Assembly: GCA_964443825.1 (NCBI GenBank)
Contig: CAYUEV010000003.1
Coordinates: 11,799-35,798 of the forward strand
Reading direction: 5' to 3'
DNA length: 24,000 nt
From: an uncultured Eubacteriales bacterium
GTDB taxonomy: Bacteria > Bacillota > Clostridia > Oscillospirales > Acutalibacteraceae
Shown here: one piece after another, positions 1-8,122 of the stretch
Numbering within the stretch: the first letter of the stretch is position 1
How the letters are laid out: every line of letters starts with the position of its first letter
Translations under genes and position numbers: made by a program
The notes under the pieces: model-generated
What the model was told of the DNA's origin: nothing
Seen by the model: the letters and a program-made list of their open reading frames with translations, nothing else
The model's database searches: none

Positions 1-2
1 AA

Positions 3-446
3 GGCTCCAAAGTGGGCGACCCTAAACCTTTGTTTAATAGAATCGACGCTTTAAAATTTCAAACCGAATTAGAAGAATACATAAAATCAAACAATACCGA
101 AGAGGATAAAACCGATGGAATCGCCGAGATTTCGATCGACGATTTCGGCAAAGTTGATTTAAGAGTAGCCCTGGTTAAAAACTGCGAGCCCGTAAAACGC
201 GCTAAAAAGCTGCTCAAACTCACTCTCGATATAGGCGATAAAAACGATCGAACGGTCGTTTCGGGTATCGCCGACCGATACTCTCCCGACGATTTAATAG
301 GCAAAAACGTAATTTTAGTCAGTAACCTAAAACCCGCCAAGCTTTGCGGGATATTAAGCGAAGGCATGATTTTGGCGGCGGACGCGGGCGGCGGCGTTCA
401 AGTCCTGTTCGCCGACAATCTCCCCAAAGGCGCGAAATTAAGATGA
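3..446 (+). CDS. metG: Methionine--tRNA ligase, C-terminal tRNA-binding (EMAP/Trbp111-like) domain; 5'-truncated by window edge
   Basis: The frame is open from the window edge to TGA 444-446. The product ...FGKVDLRVALVKNCEPVKRAKKLLKLTLDIG...VVSGIADRYSPDDLIGKNVILVSNLKPAKLCGILSEGMILAA matches the OB-fold tRNA-binding C-terminus of bacterial MetRS. tatD follows, as in the Bacillus metS-yabD arrangement. Confidence 0.85.
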   Translation, partial: GSKVGDPKPLFNRIDALKFQTELEEYIKSNNTEEDKTDGIAEISIDDFGKVDLRVALVKNCEPVKRAKKLLKLTLDIGDKNDRTVVSGIADRYSPDDLIGKNVILVSNLKPAKLCGILSEGMILAADAGGGVQVLFADNLPKGAKLR

Positions 447-1207
447 GCGGCATTTTCGATTCGCACGCTCATTATGACGATATTTCATTTGACAGCGACA
501 GAGGCGACCTTTTATCGTCCCTTCCCAGAAAAGGCGTTTCTTATGTAATTAACTGCGGAACTAACGTAATTTCGTCAAAGAAATCCGCGGATCTTTCCGA
601 AAAATACGATTACATTTACATGGCGGCCGGTATTCACCCCGAGGACGCCAAAGATATTGACGACGGCGATTTTAAAGAAATCGAGGAGCTGTTTTCCCTT
701 AAAAAGTGCGTCGCCGTCGGCGAAATAGGTCTCGATTACCACTATGGCGTCGCGTCTAAAGAAAAGCAGTCGGATGTTTTTGAGCGTCAGCTTTATTTAT
801 CCGTAAAACGCGGTCTTCCCGTTATAGTTCACGACAGGGAAGCGCATTCCGATACTTTATCCCTGCTTAAAAAATATAAGCCGTCCGGCGTTCTTCACTG
901 TTTTTCAGGGAGCGTGGAGATGGCGAAAGAGGTCTTAAATCTCGGTCTTTACCTGGGTTTCGGCGGCGCCCTTACCTTTAAAAACGCTAAAAAGCCCGTT
1001 GAGGTCGCGTCTTTCGCGCCTTTAGACAGGATTCTTTTGGAAACCGACTGCCCTTATATGTCCCCCGAGCCGCTTAGAGGCGGGAGGAACGATTCTTCAA
1101 ATATCATTTACATCGCCGAAAAATTATCTGAAATAAAGTCTGTTCCGGTAGAAGAAATACTGAATATTACGGAAGATAACGCTAAAAGACTTTTTAGAAT
1201 ACAATAG
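443..1207 (+). CDS. tatD: TatD-family metal-dependent hydrolase/DNase
   Basis: ATG 443 overlaps the metG stop (ATGA at 443-446). The product starts MSGIFDSHAHYDD (H-x-H metal motif) and continues with GEIGLDYHY, VIVHDREAH and LLETDCPYM. The ORF-track start at 344 only adds an Arg-rich out-of-frame reading of the metG 3' end. Confidence 0.9.
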   Translation: MSGIFDSHAHYDDISFDSDRGDLLSSLPRKGVSYVINCGTNVISSKKSADLSEKYDYIYMAAGIHPEDAKDIDDGDFKEIEELFSLKKCVAVGEIGLDYHYGVASKEKQSDVFERQLYLSVKRGLPVIVHDREAHSDTLSLLKKYKPSGVLHCFSGSVEMAKEVLNLGLYLGFGGALTFKNAKKPVEVASFAPLDRILLETDCPYMSPEPLRGGRNDSSNIIYIAEKLSEIKSVPVEEILNITEDNAKRLFRIQ

Positions 1208-1377
1208 AGAAAATAAAATGAAAGGATTGAGTTAAGATTAACAGCAGATTTTACTCAGGCAACGCTCCCGAACTTGAAAAATACAAAGAGCTTTGTATTG
1301 AAAACGGGGCTATAGAGCCGGAGCTTTACACAAAACACAGCGTAAACAGAGGGCTGCGCGATTTAAACGGAAAGGGC

Positions 1378-2604
1378 GTGTTGACGGGTCTTACCGAGAT
1401 TTCCGAAGTTCAGTCCAAAGAGATAATAGACGGGAAAGAAACGCCGTGCAGGGGCAACCTTTTTTATCGCGGCTACAACGTTAAAGACATTATTTCCGAT
1501 ATAGCCAAGAGAGGGAATTACGGTTTTGAGGAAACCGCGTATATTCTCCTTTTCGGCGAACTTCCCAAAAAAGACGATCTTGAGGAATTTAAAAAAGTCC
1601 TCGCCAATTACAGGCTGCTCCCCGTGTCGTTCGTCAGGGATTTTATTATGAAAGCTCCGTCCGGCGACGTTATGAACAGTCTTGCGAGAAGCGTTTTGGC
1701 ACTTTACTCTTACGACGAGAACCCCGACGACACGAGCATCGGCAACGTTCTAAGGCAGTGTATCAGGCTGATTTCCCTTTTTCCGCTTTTATCCGTTTAC
1801 GGCTACCAGGCTTACAACTACTATATAAAGGGCAATCCCAGCTTTTTTATACACGAGCCCAGGCAAGGTTACTCCGCGGCTGAAAATATCCTCTATATGT
1901 TAAGGATCGACGGCAAATTTACGCCTCTTGAGGCGCAGCTTCTCGACCTTGCCTTAATCCTTCACGCGGAACACGGCGGCGGCAACAACTCCACTTTCAC
2001 GACTCACGTCGTGACGTCTTCCGGGACGGACACATATTCCGCGATAGCGGCGGCTTTAGGCTCTCTTAAAGGTCCTAAACACGGCGGCGCCAACATAAAA
2101 GTCCGCCACATGATAAAAGATATAGAAAAGAACGTCAAAGACTGGGACGATGACGACGAAATAAGCACTTATTTGACAAAAATTCTCAACAAAGAGGCTT
2201 TCGACAAAAGCGGGCTTATTTACGGCATAGGTCACGCCGTTTACTCTCTTTCCGACCCCAGAGCCGAGGTATTTAAGGCTTTCGTCGAGAAGCTTGCCGA
2301 CGCCAAAGGGTTAAGCGGCGAATATCGGCTTTACGTCAACATCGAGCGTATAGCTCCCGACTTAATCTCCGCCAGGCGCAAAATGTACAAAGGAGTCAGC
2401 GCGAACGTCGATTTTTACAGCGGCTTCGTCTATGAGATGTTGGGGATACCCGAGGAGCTTTTCACTCCCATATTTGCCGACGCGAGGATAGCCGGCTGGA
2501 GCGCCCACAGAATAGAAGAGATCCTCAACGCCGGTAAAATAATAAGACCCGCCTACATGAACGTCCAGCCGAGAAGGGAGTATATTCCCTTAGATAAGAG
2601 ATAA
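1378..2604 (+). CDS. gltA: Citrate synthase (GltA/CitZ family); true N-terminus probably about 49 codons upstream (see findings)
   Basis: 408-aa ORF from GTG 1378 carrying HAEHGGGNNSTF, GPKHGGAN and GHAVY..DPRA citrate synthase motifs. The same frame stays open and citrate-synthase-like (..ELYTKHSVNRGLRDLNGKG) back to 1231, but has no ATG/GTG/TTG there. Confidence 0.9.
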   Translation: MLTGLTEISEVQSKEIIDGKETPCRGNLFYRGYNVKDIISDIAKRGNYGFEETAYILLFGELPKKDDLEEFKKVLANYRLLPVSFVRDFIMKAPSGDVMNSLARSVLALYSYDENPDDTSIGNVLRQCIRLISLFPLLSVYGYQAYNYYIKGNPSFFIHEPRQGYSAAENILYMLRIDGKFTPLEAQLLDLALILHAEHGGGNNSTFTTHVVTSSGTDTYSAIAAALGSLKGPKHGGANIKVRHMIKDIEKNVKDWDDDDEISTYLTKILNKEAFDKSGLIYGIGHAVYSLSDPRAEVFKAFVEKLADAKGLSGEYRLYVNIERIAPDLISARRKMYKGVSANVDFYSGFVYEMLGIPEELFTPIFADARIAGWSAHRIEEILNAGKIIRPAYMNVQPRREYIPLDKR

Positions 2605-2606
2605 CC

Positions 2607-3113
2607 TTGTTTTTTGCGGAATACATAAGCCCCATAGGGAAGCTCACTATTACAAGCGACGGCGATTTTATAACCGGGCTTTTTATAGAAAACCAAAAGC
2701 GCTTTTTAGCCCCTTTTAAAAACGACGCCCTTATCATGCGCGATCTTCCCGTTTTCAACAAAGCTTTTCTTTGGCTTTATTCTTACTTTTGCGGCGAAAA
2801 AGTTTCCCCCTGTTCTCTTCCGTTAAAGCTCTTCGGAACTGATTTTCAAAAGCTTATTTGGGGTTGTCTCTGTAAAATCCCTTACGGCGGGACTTTAACT
2901 TACGGCGAGTTGGCAAAAATCGCGGCGAACGAGAGGGGAGCCCCGGTTTTATCCGCGAGAGCCGTAGGCGCGGCCGTTTCCGAAAACCCCGTTTCAATAA
3001 TCGTCCCCTGTCATAGAGTAATAGGCAAAAATGGAAGTCTTACGGGCTACTCCGCCGGGCTTAACAAAAAAAGCTATCTTTTAAATTTAGAGCGAAAATG
3101 TAAGGATCTGTAG
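2607..3113 (+). CDS. ogt: Methylated-DNA--protein-cysteine methyltransferase (O6-alkylguanine-DNA alkyltransferase)
   Basis: TTG start at 2607, 2 nt after the citrate synthase stop. The C-terminal IIVPCHRVIGKNGSLTGYSAGL contains the PCHR active-site cysteine motif of the Ogt/MGMT family. Confidence 0.88.
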   Translation: MFFAEYISPIGKLTITSDGDFITGLFIENQKRFLAPFKNDALIMRDLPVFNKAFLWLYSYFCGEKVSPCSLPLKLFGTDFQKLIWGCLCKIPYGGTLTYGELAKIAANERGAPVLSARAVGAAVSENPVSIIVPCHRVIGKNGSLTGYSAGLNKKSYLLNLERKCKDL

Positions 3114-3121
3114 TTTACCTT

Positions 3122-3161
3122 AAAAAGCAACCCCTCGCTTTTTAGCGAGGGGCTTTTGTTT
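3122..3161. terminator. Bidirectional intrinsic terminator between convergent ogt and the TIM-barrel gene
   Basis: Perfect 8-bp GC stem CCCCTCGC (3131-3138) / GCGAGGGG (3145-3152) with a 6-nt loop. There is an A-run upstream and CTTTTGTTT downstream. Confidence 0.8.
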
Positions 3162-3167
3162 ATAACC

Positions 3168-4133
3168 TCACACCCACCACATTTCGGCGGGGTTTTCTTT
3201 AATAAGAACTCTTTTGAGCATTTCCACGGCTTTTGAAAGCCCTTCGTTCTGGCTCATAAGCGAGTCCTCATGCTCTATCGAGAGAACATGGTCGTAGCCC
3301 GCGAGCCTTAAATTACTTACAATATCTTTCCAGTAAAGTTCGTCGTTTCCATATCCCACGGAGCGGAAAATCCACGACCTGTTTATTTCGTCGGCATACG
3401 GCTTTGTGTCGAGCACGCCCGTCCTCGCTATGTTGTACTTGTCGAGGGAGACGTCTTTAGCGTGAACATGGAAGATAGCGTCGCCCAACGCCCTTATGAC
3501 CGCTACGGGTTCCATCCCTTGCCATATTAAGTGGCTTGGGTCAAAATTAGCACCCAATTCCGGTCCTACCGCGTCCCTTATTCTAAGCATCGAGTCCGTA
3601 TTGTATACGCAAAATCCCGGGTGAAGTTCGAACGCTATTTTATTTACGCCGTGAGATTTCGCGAATTCTACGGTCTTTTTCCAATACGGAATTAAAACCT
3701 CGTTCCACTGCCATTCGAGTACTTCCGAGAAGTCGTTGGGCCATGGACAAGTGACCCAGTTCGGGTATTTAGCCGTCTCGCAGTCGCCCGGGCAGCCTGA
3801 AAACGTGTTTATCTGATGAATATCGAGCTTTTCCGCTAGGAGAATCGTATTTTTAATTACGCTGTCGAAGCGCTTGGCCTGTTCCTTATTTGGATGTACG
3901 GGGTTCCCGTGGCAGCTTAACGCGCTTATTTCGAAGTCGTATTCTTTTATTAAGCCTTTAAACTCGTCGAGGGCTTTTTCGTCAGACAAAAGCTTTTCCG
4001 GATCCGCGTGAGCGTTGCCGGGGTAGCCGCCGCAGCCTATCTCAACAGCTTCTATTCCCAATGATTTAAAGTATTTAAGCGCCTTTTCGAGCGGAATATT
4101 GCTTAAAAGAGTTGTAAATACTCCAAGTTTCAT
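3168..4133 (-). CDS. Sugar phosphate isomerase/epimerase (xylose isomerase-like TIM barrel), 321 aa
   Basis: ATG preceded by AAGGGAGAAG. The product (MKLGVFT.., GIEAVEIGCGG, FELHPG, FDPSHL, HVHAKD, SIEHED) has the metal-ligand pattern of the xylose-isomerase-like/AP-endonuclease-2 TIM-barrel family. Specific substrate unknown. Confidence 0.8.
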   Translation of the reverse strand: MKLGVFTTLLSNIPLEKALKYFKSLGIEAVEIGCGGYPGNAHADPEKLLSDEKALDEFKGLIKEYDFEISALSCHGNPVHPNKEQAKRFDSVIKNTILLAEKLDIHQINTFSGCPGDCETAKYPNWVTCPWPNDFSEVLEWQWNEVLIPYWKKTVEFAKSHGVNKIAFELHPGFCVYNTDSMLRIRDAVGPELGANFDPSHLIWQGMEPVAVIRALGDAIFHVHAKDVSLDKYNIARTGVLDTKPYADEINRSWIFRSVGYGNDELYWKDIVSNLRLAGYDHVLSIEHEDSLMSQNEGLSKAVEMLKRVLIKENPAEMWWV

Positions 4134-4147
4134 ATATCTTCTCCCTT

Positions 4148-4858
4148 TTAAATCGTTTTAAGGTATTCCATGCTCCTCTTAACGTCCGAAAGCCCGTCGG
4201 GTTCGGGGTCGTCGTTTTCAAGTATAAGCCATTCTAAATTTATTTCTTTTGCGGCTTTTACAATAGCGTCAAGATCGCAGTTCCCCTCTTTCAAGGCTTT
4301 TGGCTGCCCGTCCACGCCGTCTTTAATATGAATTAACAATATATCGTCTTTATGCTCCGTTATATACTTGTAATTGTCAATTCCGGCGTGAAAGCTCCAG
4401 TACGCGTCAAGTTCTATTTTCGTGTGCGCCGATATTATATCAAGAGCCGTTTTACCGTTTTCGAAAGGCGCGAACTCCTCCCAGTGATTGTGATAGTAAG
4501 TGGTAATTCCCGATTCCTTGGCCGCGTTTTCGAGGATTTTCGCGGTGTTCTCGCTCTCCTCTATCGTATCGTGAGGTCCTCCGCCCGTTCCTAAGTAGCG
4601 GCAGCCTAAAATCTTATTGTATTCGATCGTCTCTTTTAACTTTTCTTTGTCGAGATCGTTTATGTTTAAATGAGTTCCGATGGGGACGAGTCCCGTTTCG
4701 TCAAGCTTGTTTTTTAAAGCGAGAGCGCTAGCCCCAAAGTACCCCGCGAACTCCACGCCGTCGAACCCCAAATCTTTTACTTTCGGCAGTATGTTTAAGA
4801 GATCTTTCGCTGAGTTTATTAAATCTCTCACAGTATAAAGCTGCAAAGCTAATTTCAT
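4148..4858 (-). CDS. Sugar phosphate isomerase/epimerase (xylose isomerase-like TIM barrel), 236 aa
   Basis: MKLALQLYTVRD.., GFDGVEFAG, YYHNHWEEF, LIHIKD and ILENDDP are typical of the same TIM-barrel family. Its stop lies 14 nt before the next gene start, so the two are probably co-transcribed. Confidence 0.8.
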   Translation of the reverse strand: MKLALQLYTVRDLINSAKDLLNILPKVKDLGFDGVEFAGYFGASALALKNKLDETGLVPIGTHLNINDLDKEKLKETIEYNKILGCRYLGTGGGPHDTIEESENTAKILENAAKESGITTYYHNHWEEFAPFENGKTALDIISAHTKIELDAYWSFHAGIDNYKYITEHKDDILLIHIKDGVDGQPKALKEGNCDLDAIVKAAKEINLEWLILENDDPEPDGLSDVKRSMEYLKTI

Positions 4859-5045
4859 GCTTACACTTCCGTAAAAATCATTTCATCGATATAATTCTTT
4901 CGCTTCGCTTTTAACGTCGGAAATCGCCGCCGCCGGATTTTAGGGGGACGTTTCCACGCGTTACGACAAATTTTTCTAACGTGAATCTCAAAAGGCGCGA
5001 TTTTTAAAGCCTTCTTCGCTTCGATTTTTTCTATCGTATTACGCT

Positions 5046-6134
5046 TTAGTCGTCAAAATAAACGGGCTTGCCTGATTTTGCCGAATCGTAAATTCCCTCT
5101 AATATTCTTGTGACGCAAAGCGCCTGCTCGGCCTTTACGGGCGGTTCTCCTTTTCCAAGGCACGCGTCAATCCATTTTCTTTGATCCAATACGTCCGGGT
5201 TGTCGCTGTCGCCCTCATAGAAAGCCACTCCGCCGGTACTTAAATCGGGAGTTTCAATGCACTGCCTGTTGTTCTTTACGTAGTTTACTCTCACTCCGTT
5301 GTCGTATGTGTCTATTCCGCCTTTATCGCCGCAAAGGTAAAACACCGCTTCTCTCGGTTCAGGAAAGTTTAAAGCCCAGCACGCGTCAAGAGTAACTACG
5401 GCTCCGTTTTCCATTACTATATATCCGAACGCCGCGTCCTCGACCGTAAATTTCTCAGGGTCCCAGTCGCCCCAGGCGTTGGCGGTATTCGTCTGGTTCA
5501 CTAATTTTCTAAACGTGTTCCCGACGACCATTTTCGGTTTATAGTTGTTCATCATCCAGAGCGTCAAATCTAGCGCGTGAGTTCCTATGTCGATAAGAGG
5601 TCCGCCGCCCTGCTCATACTCGTTCAAGAACACGCCCCAGGTAGGCACGGCTCTTCTTCTTATGGCGATGGCTTTAGCGTAATAAATTTCCCCCAACTCG
5701 CCGCTTTCGCACACGGCTTTCGCGTAAAGATTTTCGGGTTTCTGGCGGTTTTGATATCCTATGCAAAGGAGTTTGCCCGCTTTTTTGGAAGCTTCGAGCA
5801 TTTCTTTCGCTTCTTTATATGTTTTCGCCATGGGTTTTTCGCACATAACGTTCTTGCCCGCGTTCAAGGCGTCGATTGATATAAAACTGTGCGAGCGGTT
5901 GGGAGTGCACACGTGTACCACGTCGATACTTTCGTCTTTAAGGAGTTCTTTATAATCCGTGTAGACTTTAGAGCCTTCCGCGCCGTAGTCTTTGGCGGCT
6001 TTCTCGGCTCTTTCCGGGATTATGTCGCAAAACGCCGTCATTTCGACTTCGGGAATCTCCTTTAACGACGGCATATGTTTTCCGTTGGCGATTCCGCCGC
6101 AGCCGATTATACCTATTTTAAGTTTTTTGTCCAA
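5046..6134 (-). CDS. Gfo/Idh/MocA-family NAD(P)-dependent oxidoreductase, 362 aa
   Basis: TTG start. N-terminal Rossmann KIGIIGCGGIANGKH, followed by the EKP motif (MCEKPMA) typical of Gfo/Idh/MocA sugar dehydrogenases. Confidence 0.85.
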   Translation of the reverse strand: MDKKLKIGIIGCGGIANGKHMPSLKEIPEVEMTAFCDIIPERAEKAAKDYGAEGSKVYTDYKELLKDESIDVVHVCTPNRSHSFISIDALNAGKNVMCEKPMAKTYKEAKEMLEASKKAGKLLCIGYQNRQKPENLYAKAVCESGELGEIYYAKAIAIRRRAVPTWGVFLNEYEQGGGPLIDIGTHALDLTLWMMNNYKPKMVVGNTFRKLVNQTNTANAWGDWDPEKFTVEDAAFGYIVMENGAVVTLDACWALNFPEPREAVFYLCGDKGGIDTYDNGVRVNYVKNNRQCIETPDLSTGGVAFYEGDSDNPDVLDQRKWIDACLGKGEPPVKAEQALCVTRILEGIYDSAKSGKPVYFDD

Positions 6135-6161
6135 ATTGTATCATACCTTTCACTTTAGGCT

Positions 6162-6322
6162 ACGCCGCGCGACGACCGCCTGACGGTTTTGCGCGCCGCC
6201 CGTCCGCGTTTTTTTAGTTATATGTCACAAAATTACCCAGTTGCGCGCAAAGTATCCCGCGTTTTTTCGCCGGACTAAAAATCCGACGGCGCGTCTGACG
6301 CGCGATCATTATGCGGCGTCGC
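6162..6322 (+). repeat. GC-rich 161-bp repeat, copy A (imperfect terminal inverted repeats, core GGTTTTGCGCG)
   Basis: The first 34 nt (ACGCCGCGCGACGACCGCCTGACGGTTTTGCGCG) match 8123-8156 at 33/34. The 3' block AAAAATCCGACGGCGCGTC..ACGCGCGATCATTATGCGGCG is about 85% identical to 8239-8281, and the centre is about 60% similar. The 5' ACGCCGC is complementary to the 3' GCGGCGT. Confidence 0.8.
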
Positions 6323-6522
6323 CCTTATTTTCTTTAGAATATATCAAATCATCATTAAAATCAAGCGCCAATAAATTTTTTGCCGCACAATTTTTTTTCG
6401 CTATTTTTGTGGGATTTTTACAAAATAATGAGCTTAATGTTTAATTCTTTAAATTTGCGTCAAATATTCTTAACACTTTGTTTACAATAAATTTTCATAT
6501 TTAGGGAACTTTTTATTTTTTA

Positions 6523-6551
6523 TTGACTTTATGTTGCTTTTATGTTTTAAT
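6523..6551 (+). promoter_or_regulatory. Putative sigma-A promoter of the 6582-8105 dockerin gene
   Basis: TTGACT (6523-6528), a 17-nt spacer ending in TGT, then TTTAAT (6546-6551). It lies about 30 nt upstream of ATG 6582. Confidence 0.45.
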
Positions 6552-6581
6552 AATGATAAAAGACGAAATGACGGTGATAAT

Positions 6582-8105
6582 ATGAAATTTTTTAAAAGTT
6601 CTTTAATTTTTGCTCTTTGCTTTCTAATATCCTCGCCTTTGTTTCTATTTAGCGCTTTCGCTTCGGGAAATGAAAATATCGCTACTTTTAACGCATACGC
6701 CGGGGATTACAGCGGGGATTATATTTATTGCTCGTCCCCCGTATATTCCCACCTTACCAAAGACGGCGACGAATTTATAAGAACCGAGTACGACCCCGAA
6801 ACGGGAAAAATAATAGAAGAGCGCTACTCCTCCGACCTCAGCCTTGCTTCATCCGTGATTATCGACCCCGAACTTCCCTTGTACGGCGGCATATACAAAG
6901 ACGCTAATGAAAATTATGTCGTAACGGGCAAAGAAAATATTTCCGAAGACCCTAACGCCGAAGTTATCAGGATAACCAAATACTCAAAAGACTGGAAAGT
7001 TTTAGGGAGGGCGTCCGTATCCGGGGAAAATACCGTTACGCCTTTCGCTAACGGCTCCTTAAAATTTTTAAAATACGGCGACGTTCTCTATATCGACGCC
7101 ACTCACACGATGTTTAGAACGGACGACGACTTAAACCATCAGTCGAACATGCTAATATCTTTAGACGCCGCCAATATGAAAATTAAGTACGTAAGAGACG
7201 ATATTGCGAACGTATCGACGGGTTACGTCAGTCACTCTTTTAATCAATTTATAGCTTTAGACGAAAGCACGGGCAGTATTGTAACGGTCGATCACGGCGA
7301 CGCGTACCCTAGGAGCGTCGCGTTGTTTAAGTTCCCCGTCAACGCGGGCAACTATCAACTTAACGAGGCTACCTATACCGACGTCTTTGACATTTCGGGG
7401 GAAATCGGCGACAACAGCACGTACTGTTCGGTTGGAGGGCTCGCCGTGTCCAAAAACAACTATATAATTTCCCTTTCGAGCGCCGATCAGTCCCGACAGG
7501 ATCTTAACGGCGGCGTTCATAAAAACGTATACATTACCGTAACTCCTAAAAACAACTTTAAAGAAGGTTCGACGAAAGTAATAAAATTGACGGACTACAA
7601 AGACGGCGACGGGGAGCTGTCGGCGGGAACTCCTAAGCTTGTACCCTTAAATTCAGGAAGATTCCTTGTAATCTGGAATAACCAGGTAGGGGTCGGGGAG
7701 GAGAGTACGTCTTACAACGACTCTTTGTCTTACGTAATAATCGACGGAAACGGCAATAAACTTTCAAATATCTTCACTCAAGAGGGCGTTTTATCAGACT
7801 GCGAACCGATGATTGCGAATAACAAGGTTATCTGGTACGTAACGGAAGGATCTTCCCCCGTCTTTTACTCCATCGATATTAACACGTGGAGCATGAACGC
7901 CGGAAGTTCCGACCGCTCTTCAGCCGATATAAACGGCGACGGCAAAACTTCTGCTTCCGATGCGAGAGTCGTTTTAAGGTACTCCGCGAAACTTGAGGAT
8001 TTAAGCGAAACGCAGTTAGAAGCGGCGGATATAAACGCGGACGGGAAAGTGACCGCTTCGGACGCGAGGAGCATTTTAAGATTGTCCGCGAGACTCTTTA
8101 TTTAA
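6582..8105 (+). CDS. Secreted protein of unknown function with C-terminal type-I-like dockerin
   Basis: I prefer ATG 6582 (GGTGA SD, product MKFFKSSLIFALCFLISSPLFLFSAFASG, a signal peptide) over the track start at 6531, which lies inside the promoter. The C-terminus DINGDGKTSASDARVVLRYSAKL...DINADGKVTASDARSILRLSARL (7926-8102) is a duplicated Ca-binding dockerin. I do not recognise the roughly 440-aa body. Confidence 0.8.
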   Translation: MKFFKSSLIFALCFLISSPLFLFSAFASGNENIATFNAYAGDYSGDYIYCSSPVYSHLTKDGDEFIRTEYDPETGKIIEERYSSDLSLASSVIIDPELPLYGGIYKDANENYVVTGKENISEDPNAEVIRITKYSKDWKVLGRASVSGENTVTPFANGSLKFLKYGDVLYIDATHTMFRTDDDLNHQSNMLISLDAANMKIKYVRDDIANVSTGYVSHSFNQFIALDESTGSIVTVDHGDAYPRSVALFKFPVNAGNYQLNEATYTDVFDISGEIGDNSTYCSVGGLAVSKNNYIISLSSADQSRQDLNGGVHKNVYITVTPKNNFKEGSTKVIKLTDYKDGDGELSAGTPKLVPLNSGRFLVIWNNQVGVGEESTSYNDSLSYVIIDGNGNKLSNIFTQEGVLSDCEPMIANNKVIWYVTEGSSPVFYSIDINTWSMNAGSSDRSSADINGDGKTSASDARVVLRYSAKLEDLSETQLEAADINADGKVTASDARSILRLSARLFI

Positions 8106-8122
8106 TATATCGCCTTAATGTA

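Noticed and set aside
344-442. N-terminal extension of the tatD ORF (MRDIKRRHDFGGGRGRRRSS...)
   Set aside because: It lies entirely within the metG 3' coding region read out of frame. It is Arg/Gly-rich and not TatD-like. ATG 443 gives the canonical MSGIFDSHAH start and an ATGA overlap with the metG stop.
1218-1236. prfB-like programmed +1 frameshift at AGT-TAA with upstream SD-like AAGGA
   Set aside because: The spacing of SD-like element, slip codon and stop is superficially similar. However, tRNA re-pairing from AGU to GUU is poor, and a frameshift five codons after initiation is implausible. An ATT start or a 1-nt sequence error is more likely.
6241-6444. 67-aa + strand ORF upstream of the dockerin gene
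   Set aside because: It starts at a TTG inside repeat copy A, has no SD, gives a low-complexity product and overlaps AT-rich promoter DNA.
6531-6581. Upstream start of the dockerin gene (MLLLCFNNDKRRNDGDN...); likewise TTG 11593 for the Cys-repeat gene
   Set aside because: The upstream codons overlap the predicted promoter and precede the signal peptide. ATG 6582 and ATG 11560 give standard K-rich n-regions and have purine-rich SD-like sequence upstream.
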